Origin: Nemertoderma westbladi
Lineage: Eukaryota; Animalia; Xenacoelomorpha
Direction of reading: 5' to 3'
DNA length: 64,000 nucleotides
Assembly: GCA_032718475.1 (NCBI GenBank)
Contig: JAUCBJ010007128.1
Location: 7,915 to 71,914, forward strand
The first letter of the stretch is position 1; the number at the start of each line of letters is the position of its first letter. Made by a program: the position numbers and the translations under genes. Below the pieces are notes generated by a model. That model was not told the DNA's origin, did no database searches, and was given only the letters and a program-made list of their open reading frames with translations. Positions 14,143-26,095 of the stretch are shown here, in pieces.

Positions 14143-15390
14143 ATACCTGAGTGTTTAAAGTTCATCTCTATCCCATCATAGTAGACATGTACAGAACAAC
14201 AAGAGTCTACAAGAATTGAAAACAAATAAGTTGGTGCCAGTTCCCAAGAAAGGCAGCCTAACACTCTATGGTTCTTTTCGGGGAATCTCATTGATCTCGA
14301 TTGCTGCAAAGCAATACAATAGAATTATATTAAATCGCATCAGGGATCCCATTGAGAGACTGCTCCGTGGAAATCAGAATGGGTTCCGTAGAGGTCGTGG
14401 GACCATAGAGCCCATTTTGGCACCTAGAAGGATAACTGAAGAGTTGTCAAAAAAGAAAGACAGTTGTTATCTGCCTGTTGTTATCTTTGTTGACTTCTTC
14501 AAGGCCTTTGATTGAGTCCCTCGCACACGTATGTTCAGCATACTTTCACTATATGGGATTCCTGATGAAATTATTGCAGCAATCAGATCAGTTTGCGATG
14601 GTTCGACAACAATTGTGTCTACTGTTTATGGTGACACAGAACCATTTGATGTGTTATGGGGAGTCCTCCAGAGAGACACACTTGCACCATTCTTGTTCAT
14701 AATTGTGGTTGACTATATTATACGCATGTCCTTAGATCATCATAATTACGATAGGGTGATGGTAACTCCACCTACTGGCTCCAGAAGTCGAGGAAATCCT
14801 GCCAAGTACCTAACTGATCTAGACTTTGATGATGATTTAGGAGTACTCTCAGAATCACCAGAGGGAGCCCAACGGTTCCTCAGCTCATGCGAACAGGCTG
14901 CTTCTAGTGTTGGTCTTTTTATTAACTCCAAATAAACCAAAATTTTACCAGTTAACTTTGAAAGTCCTCAGCAAGTCTCTGACTGGATGAGCATAGGCTC
15001 AAAGGATTGTATGCTTGAGCATGTGGATGACTTCTGTTACCTGGGATCATGGATCCGGAAATCAGATGACGACCTTCGAATACGTAAGGGAAAGGCACAG
15101 GAAGCCTGGAATATGCTTTCCAGGATTTGGAAGTCACATAGTCGGATCCATCACAGCCGATTATTTAGAGCAGCAGTAGTTCCAGTACTCTTCTATGCGA
15201 GTCCATGCTGGGCTCTAACTGCTGATGCTGAGGACACCAAATCTCGGGATGGCACATTCACAAGAATGCTACACCAGGTTCACTGTGTCAATTACAATGC
15301 ACACATCTCCAACCAGACACTAGGTGACATTGGAGGTGTCGCATTGGTTCCCTCAAGCTTGACACTAGAACAAAGCCACCTCTGCTTTGC
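14143..15390 (+). mobile_element. RTE-like non-LTR retrotransposon fragment (RT), degenerate, copy A
   Basis: Broken ORFs with FRGISLISIAAK, QNGFR, FVDFFKAFD, GVLQRDTLAPFLF, LDFDDD and FCYLGS. Highly similar to 46450-47712 and 43663-44198. Confidence 0.85.
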
Positions 15391-15619
15391 AGTTCTTACC
15401 AATAAGGTCGAAACGCGTATGTGGTTTGGAGAGATATGAGATATTAATTTCAAGAAAAATTACGCGATTCCTAAATTTGTACACTACCCGGTTAAAAAGT
15501 ACGCATGTGATGGGATTAGTTCTACAATTGCGCCAATAAATGATAAGTTATTTTCAGTAAAATATACTTATCATTCGAGGTTAAGACCCCTAGATCCCTT
15601 CCTATAATAAATTTATATA

Positions 15620-15850
15620 GAACCCCCTGCTGTGAGAGGCCTAACATCTGAAGAAATTGTAACCATCTGCGATTGCCCTTTAGCTCTTAGTCAGCCATGT
15701 CAAACCAAGCTGTTGAGCGTCATGTGAAATTAGTGACAGAGGCAGCTTCTTCAGTTTGTGGGTTTTAGACGAGGGATGGAGTCAGACAAAGAATAAAATC
15801 CCGGAAACTTATGAAGAAGTATGACACAAAAAAACAATTTATGTTTTGAT
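15620..15850 (+). mobile_element. C-terminal remnant of a DNA transposase (possibly hATm-like)
   Basis: Translates to ..NQAVERHVKLVTEAASSVCGF..RDG..RIKSRKLMKKYDTKKQF, a motif typical of invertebrate cut-and-paste transposase C-termini. The subfamily is recalled from memory only. Confidence 0.5.
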
Positions 15851-17508
15851 CAATAAATACTGGTTAATCATATATGAGTCCTACTCTTATTGAAATTCTT
15901 AAACCATAAAAATATATTTTGTTGAGTTAATTTTGATTTAATTTGCATATTAACATTTATTTAGAGCTGCTGAAATATATATATAATATAAATATATTTC
16001 GAGCTCGCAAGGCCCCATTTAGGTAAATCTTGCCAATGTTTCTGGTTTCCCTAAGAATTCCTTTTATAATGTTGTCGAGGTTGTCTTCGTTATATCGGTA
16101 AACCACATTATTGAGGTCCCGGAAGTAGATTGGGTATGTAGAAGACGCCATACAGTGCTTCTGCTTACTTTTAGTAGTTGGGCAATCTTTGTATCCCCAA
16201 ACCGTATAGTACATAGTGAAGCCAACTGTTGCATATCAACCTGGTGCCTGGGGTGGCTTATCGGAGCTATTTAATCCAGTGAGGTAAGCCATGGAATACT
16301 AAATTAGTGTTATTTTTTCGGCCCCGATATTTTTTCAATAAAGTGGTAGTATATGACATAGAAACCCCAGAAATAAAATTTAAGCAAATTCGACCGGAGC
16401 GTTCTCGAGATATAATCCGTCAAAGTTTTCAAATTTGCCAACAAGAAATGCAGTGTTGGGGGCGATTTAAGCTTATTTGCGATATATTTCTATGGCAACA
16501 AGTAGTACTTCTATTATTCTTGAACTGCGCTGTTGTAATATTGATGCATTGGTTTGTCAACAATATTATTATTACCGCAACTAGCTACAGCTGCTCTATT
16601 TTAAAACAATATTAACCGATAATTTTTCGATTACAATTAACCAGTACATCGCGGTAACCTTTAGTCTCTACACAGTAGGGCCTACATTACTTCACTGGCT
16701 ACACATAGTGAACTATCTACATCATGCCACTTACTTGTTTAGTTTGCAAGTCCAAAGAACATTTGCACACATGCATGAAATATTCTATGACATTTTATCT
16801 ATTTGGTACTAGTATAGTAGTATGTGTATAGCCATGGCGCAGCAAATTTAAAAAAATTGTATGCCTTTTTATTTGGTTTTATTGCATTTTATTATGTTCT
16901 AGAACATTGGTGATTGTTCTAGAACCTTAGTAGATATTTTTTTCTGACATCTAGTAGTATTTTTATTACTAGCTAGTATTTTTGAAAATTAAAAAAAAAT
17001 AATATTTTTTTTAGTGTTTTTTTAATATTGGTAAACATGCTAGATAGAATCAATGTTTTCACATTTTTTTATAATTTCAAAAAATACTAGGTACCTAGTT
17101 AAAAACGGTCCCGTATGCCACATGCGTATGCGTATGATCCTTAATCATTGTTACTATGGCTTCAATATTAGTTATAGAACACCATATAAAAGTTATTTTA
17201 ACTATTCTAGAATAAAATAAAAAATAAAATGATCTAGAACATATAGCTAGTTATTTTTTAATTTTAAATTAGCTAGTAATTAAAAAAAAAATCAGATTTC
17301 AACTTTTAACAATTTATCGCCAAATGTTTCAACATTGTTATAGTTTCAAAAAATACTAGCTCGTAAAAAAACACTTGCTACCATAAAAACAACATATCTA
17401 CTGTACTTATGTTCTTTAACACTTTCCGATAATAAAAATCGAAAAACTACTTTATGAAAAATTAATTTAAAAAATGGTCACACAAGCTACATCTATGTTA
17501 TAAAAATA

Positions 17509-19329
17509 CCGTCAAACAGGGTTACTTGGATAGGATTTGAGTATATTACGTACATTTTAGGGCTCTTAGAAAGGATGGACAAACTCAAAATTTCAAATAT
17601 ATACCAAATAGAATCTCGGCTTTCAGAATAATGTCTTTCCAAGGCTCAGTATTAAATAGAATTGCAGAAATTATCTGCCAAATGAACCTATCCAAGTTAC
17701 CCCCAATTCGGCTAACTTGGATTTTCCAGGTTCTTGCTATTTTAAATCATGTTTTACAGCACATAGAGTCCATTGATGAGTGTCAATTTTATCCATGTTA
17801 GACTCCCCTTATGCGAATTATATATTCTTGATATTGCTACTAGGCTACAGTTAGATTGTTGTTTTGAAAAATTTAATTGTTTAATTTTATTAATATTAAT
17901 ACATGCATAATATCAATATTCTATCAATATTAACAATTAACCATTAACGCAGACTGTACCATTACAGTACAGTTTACTGGTGTCACACTCTGTTATCTAC
18001 TGTAACATCCATCAATTACAGTTTTATTCAGGGAGAGATTCATCGCCGAATGTTGTCAGATTGAATCTAAAAGTATTCTTAGCCCGAGCAGTGCCCCCGT
18101 AATGCACTGGCATAGACTGTTTTCACCTAATCATATCATACCCATGCACCCCAAATCTTGGTGGATCCGTCAGTACAATGCTTACAGTGCTAGTCAGTTT
18201 AATGCTCGATTTAATCCGCTCGGTATACTCCACTTCAACTTTAAACTGGTCATTATAGACATTAATAACTTTACCGACAACGTTCGTTTTTAAATCGCGT
18301 CACTCGACCAGCTTTGTCCAGGTAATCTTTCACTAGAAGCTTTACATCAAATGCCGTTAGAGGAAATTTCCAATCAGTTAGACGGTTTATAGTTTTTATG
18401 AAACAATCTTCCTCGATTTCTGTAAGAACAAATGGTCTTCCTGGATTTGTTTCTGATTTCGAACCCCGTTTCACGGCACGATGTAGAGTTCCAAATGGGA
18501 TACCAAACTCTTTATGCGCTTTATATATCGTTTTTCCCATTCTCACAGAACGCAGAGCTAAGACTAAAGCTGTATCGCTCCAATTAGTTTTATAGGGCCT
18601 TGACCCAGGCTTGCGGTTGTATTTACCTATCATGGAAGTTGTCAACTGTTAAAGTATTGGTATAGGCTAGGAATATATAGGTAATTGTAACCAGTTAAAG
18701 TTAGCTGACTATACAGATATGTAATGACTACATTTTTGTACTACAGTATGTAAATACCGGTATTATATCAGAGTGACTAAACCAAAATCCAAGCCAGCCA
18801 GGTGGTACCGGTACCTACTGTATAATTGTAAATAAGCAAGCATAATAACCATCCGTATGGACTTGTCCTGGAAATGAGAACCCCAAACTAGCAGGATACT
18901 ACCAGTACCATTGTAATGTGAAAAAATTTTCAATAAAATTCACTAATTTTTTTTCGAAAAGTAAGACCCCACTTATTTTTTTTAAATATTATTGAATTCA
19001 ATTAAGGAACACATTAAAAGCTAATAAGATATTCACAATTTGAAAAGAAACCATAAAAGGTAGCCCAGAGGAGTTGCTAGGCCAGATAATTAATATTTTG
19101 TCAAGCCCCGTATTTGGATGTTGAGGTGCACATTCAGACTTTTGTATATCAGCCAATTTGAATTTCCCTCTGCCTATATATCTTCTACAGTCGCCTAGAA
19201 ACATAAGGAAATTAATGAAACACTCCCTGGGAGAAACTGACCTATGATTGGTTAGAAATTCGACAACCAATGTGCGAGGGTGCTGTATATCCAAGTTACC
19301 CCCAAAATCCAAGTAACCCCATTTGACGG
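17509..19329 (-). mobile_element. Internally deleted pogo/Fot1-like Tc1/mariner DNA transposon
   Basis: 23-bp TIRs CCGTCAAACAGGGTTACTTGGAT and CCGTCAAATGGGGTTACTTGGAT (2 mismatches). TA on both flanks (17507-08, 19330-31). Subterminal ATCCAAGTTACCCC copies at ~17690 and ~19289. Confidence 0.9.
18271..18645 (-). pseudogene. Truncated pogo-like transposase (psq-type HTH plus start of CENP-B HTH), DDE domain deleted
   Basis: WSDTALVLALRSVRMGKTIYKAHKEFGIPFGTLHR...GRPFVLTEIEE...FPLT. Confidence 0.8.
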
Positions 19330-21107
19330 TACTAGCTATCTTAAAAATTACTAGCTACCTGAAACTATAACATTTATAACACTAAATTTATTTTTTGAAC
19401 ATTTAATTGATTATTGATTCGAGTTTTTGTATTCAGTAGTAATTAGTTTACATTGCAATATGAAATATAAATACCGGCACGGGCGGAACACTAGCCCTAT
19501 AAATTATTTTAGATTAATATTTTTGTTAGGTCGAGAATTCGATTACGATAAAGATCGAATTTGTAAAGTTCACTTCGAGCCGAAGGATTTTATGATGAAC
19601 AGAAATTGGCAGTTTCGAAGTTCCAATCACAAAAAGGAATCAATTCCATCAATATTTACATTGGTTGTGCCATTACCATCTCTACTACGAAAGTCACCAA
19701 CTAAACGAAAAGTTGATCCAACACTATACAACCTACTCGAAAATAGAAAATTAGTTGAAGAAAACAAATTGGAGTGGCAGTTGGGAAATATAAAGAAATG
19801 GATTGAAGACGAGGATGTTTTTAAGAATAGGGAGGTACATGCGTGTAAGTGTGATGTTGAAAGTGAAGATGGAATTATGATTTATGAAATTTCCCCCGAA
19901 AATCTAAAACTGAATTACTTCCTTAAGATCTCAACGACGTACTTTATTGTTTCTCAAAATACCTCTAAAATACCCCTCGTTAATTTTAGCTATTTACCAC
20001 GTAACAAAAGTGGGTATAATAAAGTTCAGAAGAAAAGCGTTTTGCTTAGGCAAATGAATGAGGTCAAGTTTCATTCATTGCCTAATTTTGACTCAGATTT
20101 CATGGAATTTCTAGACGAGTACCGCATCTTTAAAAGGTAGGAATATACCCCAAGAATATCTTTAGAAAGTGTCTTATTCTATGTTATAAGAGCAGGAATG
20201 GATATAAAGAGCTCTTGAAGCTGGTGCCGAACCTACCCAGCATTTAATTCTTTGAAAAGTTGACAAGAGGTGATGTAAAAGTTTATACACTTCTAAAGAG
20301 CATTGGTATGGATCAGAATGTTGTAATATACGTGGATGAAATTTACTTTCAGAGAGAATCAATATTTAGTGCAGGAGGTATTATTGAATCACCAAAGACC
20401 CTGCTGGATATTATGGTAAGAGGTCTAAGTGGGGGAGATGGAATAATTGTCAAGTCAGTGCCATGTTACGAGACATTAACTGGAGACATGTTGATAAAAG
20501 AATTCAAGGAAGTTGTGAAACATTTAAAAGAGGCCGAGTTTCAGCCACGAGTGTTTGTTACTGATGGCCTCTCAGTTAATGTCAATGCTTACTCAAAGAT
20601 TATATATGAACCAGAGCTTTGTGATATAATTCCGTTGTTTGATTATAATCACCTCATGAAGAATACACGAAATAACCTATTTAACACCAGCATATTTTAT
20701 CCTCCTGAATTTAAGTGGAGTTATTGAATAACGTATTTCAAATAGGAGCAAATGCTAAAGTGTCGATGTCTGATGTTCGTATGGTGTATCAGATGGATAC
20801 AGAGAGAATTAATTGTGATTCTTCAGTCAATCTGCGAAAAGCCCACAAGCTGACATATACAACAATCAACGTTGGAAAGCGCAAGCAAAACACCCAGCTT
20901 ATGCTCAACCTGTACCATGATAGTACTATCGATGCCCTCAGATGGTATTTGGGTGGTGGCACAGAGAACTTCCGTAATGACACAGCTGATTACTTCCGTG
21001 TTATTAGACTCTTCTGGGAGTTTATGAACTGTAAACATAATACGTCTAATCCTTACACAAGAACACTCAGTCGTTAGGACAGTGACCGGCAAAGTTTCCT
21101 TCAAACC

Positions 21108-21373
21108 TGTTAGAAGTTGAAGTGTATATATCGAATATCATTATAATATAATAGGCCTACTAGCCAAACATGACTGCAGATATATAAACCTAGCGCAGTA
21201 CAGCAGTACTTCTGACAGTCATTGTAGATGCTCAGTACCGGTTGCCGGTAGCACAATGATAAACTATAATGTAATACAACTAGAGTATTTAAATTTCCCG
21301 CCACACCCTTAAGATACTGATCATCGCATAATATATTGTCATACAGTTTAAAGGTAGGTTACAGTTTCTAACA
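21108..21373 (-). repeat. Copia 3' LTR
   Basis: Identical by eye to 25830-26095. TGTTAGAA...TTCTAACA terminal inverted repeat. Confidence 0.95.
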
Positions 21374-21413
21374 CTCCCACTTGACAATAATAATTATGCG
21401 ACATTGAATTTAA

Positions 21414-24400
21414 TTACTCTAATGAAATAAGACCAATTTTTGAGCAATGATACTCAAATATCGCTTTCGTGAGTCCCTTTGTAAACATATCAGCAGTCAT
21501 TTCCTTCGAGCTGCAGTATTTAACAGTAACAATATTGCGAGCAATTAGTTCTCGAATGAAATGAAACCTGACATCGATATGTTTAGTACGATTGTGGAAG
21601 ACAGGGTTCTTCACTAGTGCAATAGCACTCTGGTTATCCTCATACATCATTACTGGTTCAACCTTTGACAATAATACGTTTGCTATCAAGATGCGCAACC
21701 ACTTTGCCTCTTGGGCAGCTGAACTTAATGCAACATATTCTGCTTCTGTTGAAGATATTGCCACAATGTCCTGTCTCTTGCTTCTCCAGCTAACAGCACA
21801 ATCTCCTACAAAGAATATATATCCAGATGTAGATTTACGAGTTTCAGAACATCCTGCATGATTAGCATCTGAGTATCCACTTGCAGAAATCACTGAAGTT
21901 TCTTTAGCATTATATTTTAAACCTACATTCAATGTACCACGGATATAACGAAATACACGTTTTACCCCCTTCCAATGTGCCTCTGATGGATCTGACATGT
22001 ATTTACTTAAAATACCAATAGATGTAGCTAAATCTGGTCGAGTTCCAGTCATTGCATATGTGAGACTACCAATCGCTGTTTGATAAAGAGTTTTGTCAGC
22101 TGGTTTCTCATCATCAGTTCTCTTCTCGAATTTCACATTTGGATCAATTGGGGTAGCAACTGGTTTGCAGTTTAGCATACCAAATCTCTCAAGTACATTT
22201 TCTAAGTACTTTGATTGATTTATAGTCATTGTCCGATTCTTACGATCCCTAGTAATCACCATTCCAAGAATATATTCTAATTCTCCTTTATCAACCATTT
22301 CAAATCGACTAGATAATGTACATTTCTCTTGCATTAATATTTCATCATCATTTGATGCTATGAGAATATCATCTACATAGAGAACAATGATTACTACAAT
22401 ATCATTGACATACTTGATATACATGCACGGATCAGCTTCATTTTGTTTGAATCCATTCGAAGTTAGATGCTTATCAATTAATTTATTCCAGCATCTAGAA
22501 GATTGTTTTAAACCATAAATGGCCTTCTTTAGTTTGCAGACGAAATCAGGACGTTTGTCATCAACATAGCCCTCCGGTTGCTTCATATAGATTTCATTCT
22601 CAAGTTCCCCATTTAGAAAGGCTGTTTTAACATCCATTTGATGTATTGACCAATTCAGTTGATTTGCAATAGCTAATACTGTACGAATAGCACTGTATTT
22701 AGCAACAGGTGCAAACACTTCATCATAGTCTATCCCATATTCTTGAGTAAAACCACGTGCCACTAGACGGGCTTTATAACGTTCAATGGAACCATCAGGT
22801 TGATATTTATATTTGAGAATCCATTTGCAATCAACAATATTTGCATCTGCGGGTGCTTTTACCAAAGTCCACGTCTGATTCTTTATTAGAGATTCATATT
22901 CAGTATCCATTGCCTCTCGCCAATAATCACCATCATTTCGTGACCATGCTTCTTTGAGTGTTTGAGGTTCAATACTCTCCTCCTCTACAATCATGGCCTT
23001 CGGCCATTCAATTGTACCCAATCGGTCTGGTGGCTTACGTTGACGTGTTGGATAATGACGAACACTTTTTGATGTTGATGATGAAGTCATTTCACCTTCA
23101 TTGATTGTTTCCACTACAGGTTCATCATCTAAATCAAACCCATGAAATACTTCACCATCAGATGAAGACACACTATCTCCTATAGTCTCAATCTCTATAG
23201 CCTCTTGATTATTTACAATGTTCGATGTGTGATCAACTATACTCTTCCTAGTCTGTTGAGCCTCTTTTACAACTAGCTCCCCTTGATCAACATCGGAACT
23301 TTCCTTCATATATGGAGGTTTTAATATTGGATTTGTGACACGATTTGACATCTTTGGAAAACTATTTTCAAAGAACTGTACATCACGACTCTCATAAATC
23401 GGCTTACTCTCTGGCTCATATAATCTATAACCCTTAGACTTTCCACTATATCCAATAAAGATGCACTTACGAGCCTTTGCATCGAGTTTCTTTCGTTTCT
23501 CTCGTGGTAGATGCATAAATGAATAACATCCAAAAATTCTCAAAGAACTTACATCTGGTTTATTGCCAAACCAAACTTCATAGGGAGTCGACCCTTGAAC
23601 TGCATTTGTAGGACATCGGTTGCGAATATAAACAGCAGTGCTCACAGCTTCTGCCCAGAACTGTTTTGATAATCCTGCTGCATATAACATTGACAATGCA
23701 AGTTCCATAATTGTGCGATTCATGCGCTCTGCAACTCCATTTTGTTGTGGATTATATGGAACAGTGAATTCATGCATAATTCCTTTAGATAAACAATACT
23801 CTTTTAATGAGGTTGAGTTATATTCGCCACCATTATCTGAACGTAATATCTTTACAGTTTGACCAATTTGGTTTTCAACTTTTGCTACAAAATCCTTGAA
23901 GCATTGAAATAGTTCACTTTTATGCTTCAATATATAAACTGTTGTATATCGTGATTTATCATCAATGATAGTAGCAAAATATTTAGAACCACCAATTGAT
24001 TCAGTGTCCATAGGGCCACATATATCTGAGTGAACAATATCAACTAGATCATCTGCCCTATGAGAAGAATGTGTAGGAAATGGGACCTTGTGCGATTTCC
24101 CAAGTGCACAACCCTCACAATTCGTATTGAAGGTTTCTATATCACAATTAATTCCACTTACCATTTCATTATCCAATAATTTCTTTAAGCTATCAATTCC
24201 AACATGACCAAATCGTTCATGCCATATTTGACCAGGTAAAGAAGTAGCAACCAATGCAGAATTACCAGTATGTACTTCAAGTTTATACAAGTCACCATCC
24301 ACTCTACCATTTGCAATTACTTGTTTTCCATAACCAATTTCACATTCTGACCTATAAAAATTTATATAAGCCCCTTTCTTTGTCAATGCACGAACTGAAA

Positions 24401-25595
24401 GAAGATTCTTCCCTAGTTTTGGAACATACAAAACTTCAGAAATACAAAGTTTAGCTCCGCAAGTAGATTGAATATCAGAAATACAAAGTTTAGCTCCGCA
24501 AGTAGATTGAATATTAACAATTCCTTTACCTATAGCATTTACATAACGTTTATCACCAAGATAAACATATTTGCAATGGTCAAATTTTTCATAATTTATG
24601 AAACAATCTGACACAAATGTCATATGTTCGGTAGCTCCTGAATCTATATACCAATTATCACACCCAGTATTCGAATTGCTAATATGCAAAGCAAATGAAC
24701 AGTTTTCAAGATAATCCAGCTCATTCAATTCTGATTCTGATTCACTACCTTTAACAAGAAGTCCCTCTGACTTCTTTCGAGTTGGACACGCTGAAGCCCA
24801 ATGTGAATTATCACTGCAAAGTTGACAACCTCTTTGAGTACATTTCCGAGCAAAATGTCCCCCAACACCACACTTGAAACATGGAGCCTTGCTGTTCCGG
24901 AATCCTGGTGAAGAAGTGAACTGCTGCGGCTTGCTACTCCCACTGTCTTGTTGTCCTTTCTTTGCATAACCCTTTTGTTTCACTGATAAAAGGGCATTCT
25001 CTGTTTCACTATTGTGTGTGTGCCGTGCACTTTCATTAAACAGTAAACCCTTTATATTGTCCCATGACATTTCATTGACAGCAACATCAATCGCTGACAG
25101 CATGGAATTATACGATGATGGAAGTGATCCTAAAACAGTAAGTGCGAATGCCTTGTCCGTAATATTCTCTTCTGGATCAAGTTCATTAATCTTTGTGTAA
25201 AGATTCCTCATCTCCATAACATGTTTCTCAACGTTGCCACCATTTGGTAACTGTTTATTGAAAAATTCGGTTCGAAGTCTAACAATCTTTAGCCATGATT
25301 TTCGATCAAACTGTTCCTCTAATGCATCCCAAGTTTCCTTTGCAGTCGTTGCATCCTTTATATAGCAACGCAATTCCGGATCAATAGCTAGTGCAATAGT
25401 TGTGCGTGCGCGAGTTTTCCTTCGCATAAACGCAGCTCTACCAGCTCCTTCCGGTGGAGTAGGATCTCCAATGACAAACTCCCACAAATCGTGATGTTCC
25501 AATGTAAGCTGCATTGTGTAACGCCATTCACGATAGTTTTCGGACCGCAGTTTCTCGATTTTCTCTATCTTTAAACCGCCAATATCATCCGCCAT
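21414..25595 (-). CDS. Copia gag-pol polyprotein (gag, CCHC knuckles, protease, integrase, RT, RNase H), 1393 aa
   Basis: CFKCGVGGHFARKC; WYIDSGAT; WHERFGH...CEGC; VHSDICGP, RSDNGGE, NGVAER; MDVKTAFL, LYVDD; YSDAN...TEAEY...MTADMFTK. Confidence 0.97.
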   Translation of the reverse strand: MADDIGGLKIEKIEKLRSENYREWRYTMQLTLEHHDLWEFVIGDPTPPEGAGRAAFMRRKTRARTTIALAIDPELRCYIKDATTAKETWDALEEQFDRKSWLKIVRLRTEFFNKQLPNGGNVEKHVMEMRNLYTKINELDPEENITDKAFALTVLGSLPSSYNSMLSAIDVAVNEMSWDNIKGLLFNESARHTHNSETENALLSVKQKGYAKKGQQDSGSSKPQQFTSSPGFRNSKAPCFKCGVGGHFARKCTQRGCQLCSDNSHWASACPTRKKSEGLLVKGSESESELNELDYLENCSFALHISNSNTGCDNWYIDSGATEHMTFVSDCFINYEKFDHCKYVYLGDKRYVNAIGKGIVNIQSTCGAKLCISDIQSTCGAKLCISEVLYVPKLGKNLLSVRALTKKGAYINFYRSECEIGYGKQVIANGRVDGDLYKLEVHTGNSALVATSLPGQIWHERFGHVGIDSLKKLLDNEMVSGINCDIETFNTNCEGCALGKSHKVPFPTHSSHRADDLVDIVHSDICGPMDTESIGGSKYFATIIDDKSRYTTVYILKHKSELFQCFKDFVAKVENQIGQTVKILRSDNGGEYNSTSLKEYCLSKGIMHEFTVPYNPQQNGVAERMNRTIMELALSMLYAAGLSKQFWAEAVSTAVYIRNRCPTNAVQGSTPYEVWFGNKPDVSSLRIFGCYSFMHLPREKRKKLDAKARKCIFIGYSGKSKGYRLYEPESKPIYESRDVQFFENSFPKMSNRVTNPILKPPYMKESSDVDQGELVVKEAQQTRKSIVDHTSNIVNNQEAIEIETIGDSVSSSDGEVFHGFDLDDEPVVETINEGEMTSSSTSKSVRHYPTRQRKPPDRLGTIEWPKAMIVEEESIEPQTLKEAWSRNDGDYWREAMDTEYESLIKNQTWTLVKAPADANIVDCKWILKYKYQPDGSIERYKARLVARGFTQEYGIDYDEVFAPVAKYSAIRTVLAIANQLNWSIHQMDVKTAFLNGELENEIYMKQPEGYVDDKRPDFVCKLKKAIYGLKQSSRCWNKLIDKHLTSNGFKQNEADPCMYIKYVNDIVVIIVLYVDDILIASNDDEILMQEKCTLSSRFEMVDKGELEYILGMVITRDRKNRTMTINQSKYLENVLERFGMLNCKPVATPIDPNVKFEKRTDDEKPADKTLYQTAIGSLTYAMTGTRPDLATSIGILSKYMSDPSEAHWKGVKRVFRYIRGTLNVGLKYNAKETSVISASGYSDANHAGCSETRKSTSGYIFFVGDCAVSWRSKRQDIVAISSTEAEYVALSSAAQEAKWLRILIANVLLSKVEPVMMYEDNQSAIALVKNPVFHNRTKHIDVRFHFIRELIARNIVTVKYCSSKEMTADMFTKGLTKAIFEYHCSKIGLISLE

Positions 25596-25815
25596 TTCAG
25601 TAAACTATCTGTGTGCAATTAATTATATCAGCAACAAAGGAGTAAACAATATCGATTTGTTAAATTTCAGTCACTGATCCTTTCCCACTACTGCTACCGC
25701 TACCGCTGTAACCACGATAATTAGCGATTTTAGTATTTGCAAAGTTTCCTTGCATACCGGTACTCATTACAATTCATTACAATTAACAGTACCATAGCAT
25801 CTGACTGCCTGTTAC

Positions 25816-25829
25816 CTGGGCCCATAACC
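25816..25829 (-). promoter_or_regulatory. Copia primer-binding site (internal initiator tRNA-Met fragment type)
   Basis: GGTTATGGGCCCAG directly after the LTR, the Drosophila copia-type PBS. Confidence 0.9.
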
Positions 25830-26095
25830 TGTTAGAAGTTGAAGTGTATATATCGAATATCATTATAATATAATAGGCCTACTAGCCAAACATGACTGCA
25901 GATATATAAACCTAGCGCAGTACAGCAGTACTTCTGACAGTCATTGTAGATGCTCAGTACCGGTTGCCGGTAGCACAATGATAAACTATAATGTAATACA
26001 ACTAGAGTATTTAAATTTCCCGCCACACCCTTAAGATACTGATCATCGCATAATATATTGTCATACAGTTTAAAGGTAGGTTACAGTTTCTAACA
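25830..26095 (-). repeat. Copia 5' LTR
   Basis: Identical by eye to 21108-21373 and directly followed on the minus strand by the PBS. Confidence 0.95.

Larger units (their letters stand above)
21108..26095 (-). mobile_element. Full-length Ty1/copia LTR retrotransposon
   Basis: Two 266-bp TG...CA LTRs. 5-bp TSD AAACC (21103-07, 26096-100). PBS GGTTATGGGCCCAG, PPT AGTGGGAG, and a single intact ORF. Confidence 0.97.

Noticed and set aside
19470-19495. Helitron 3' end (GC-rich segment plus CTAG)
   Set aside because: The hairpin is weak, CTAG is not followed by T, and no 5' TC end was identified.
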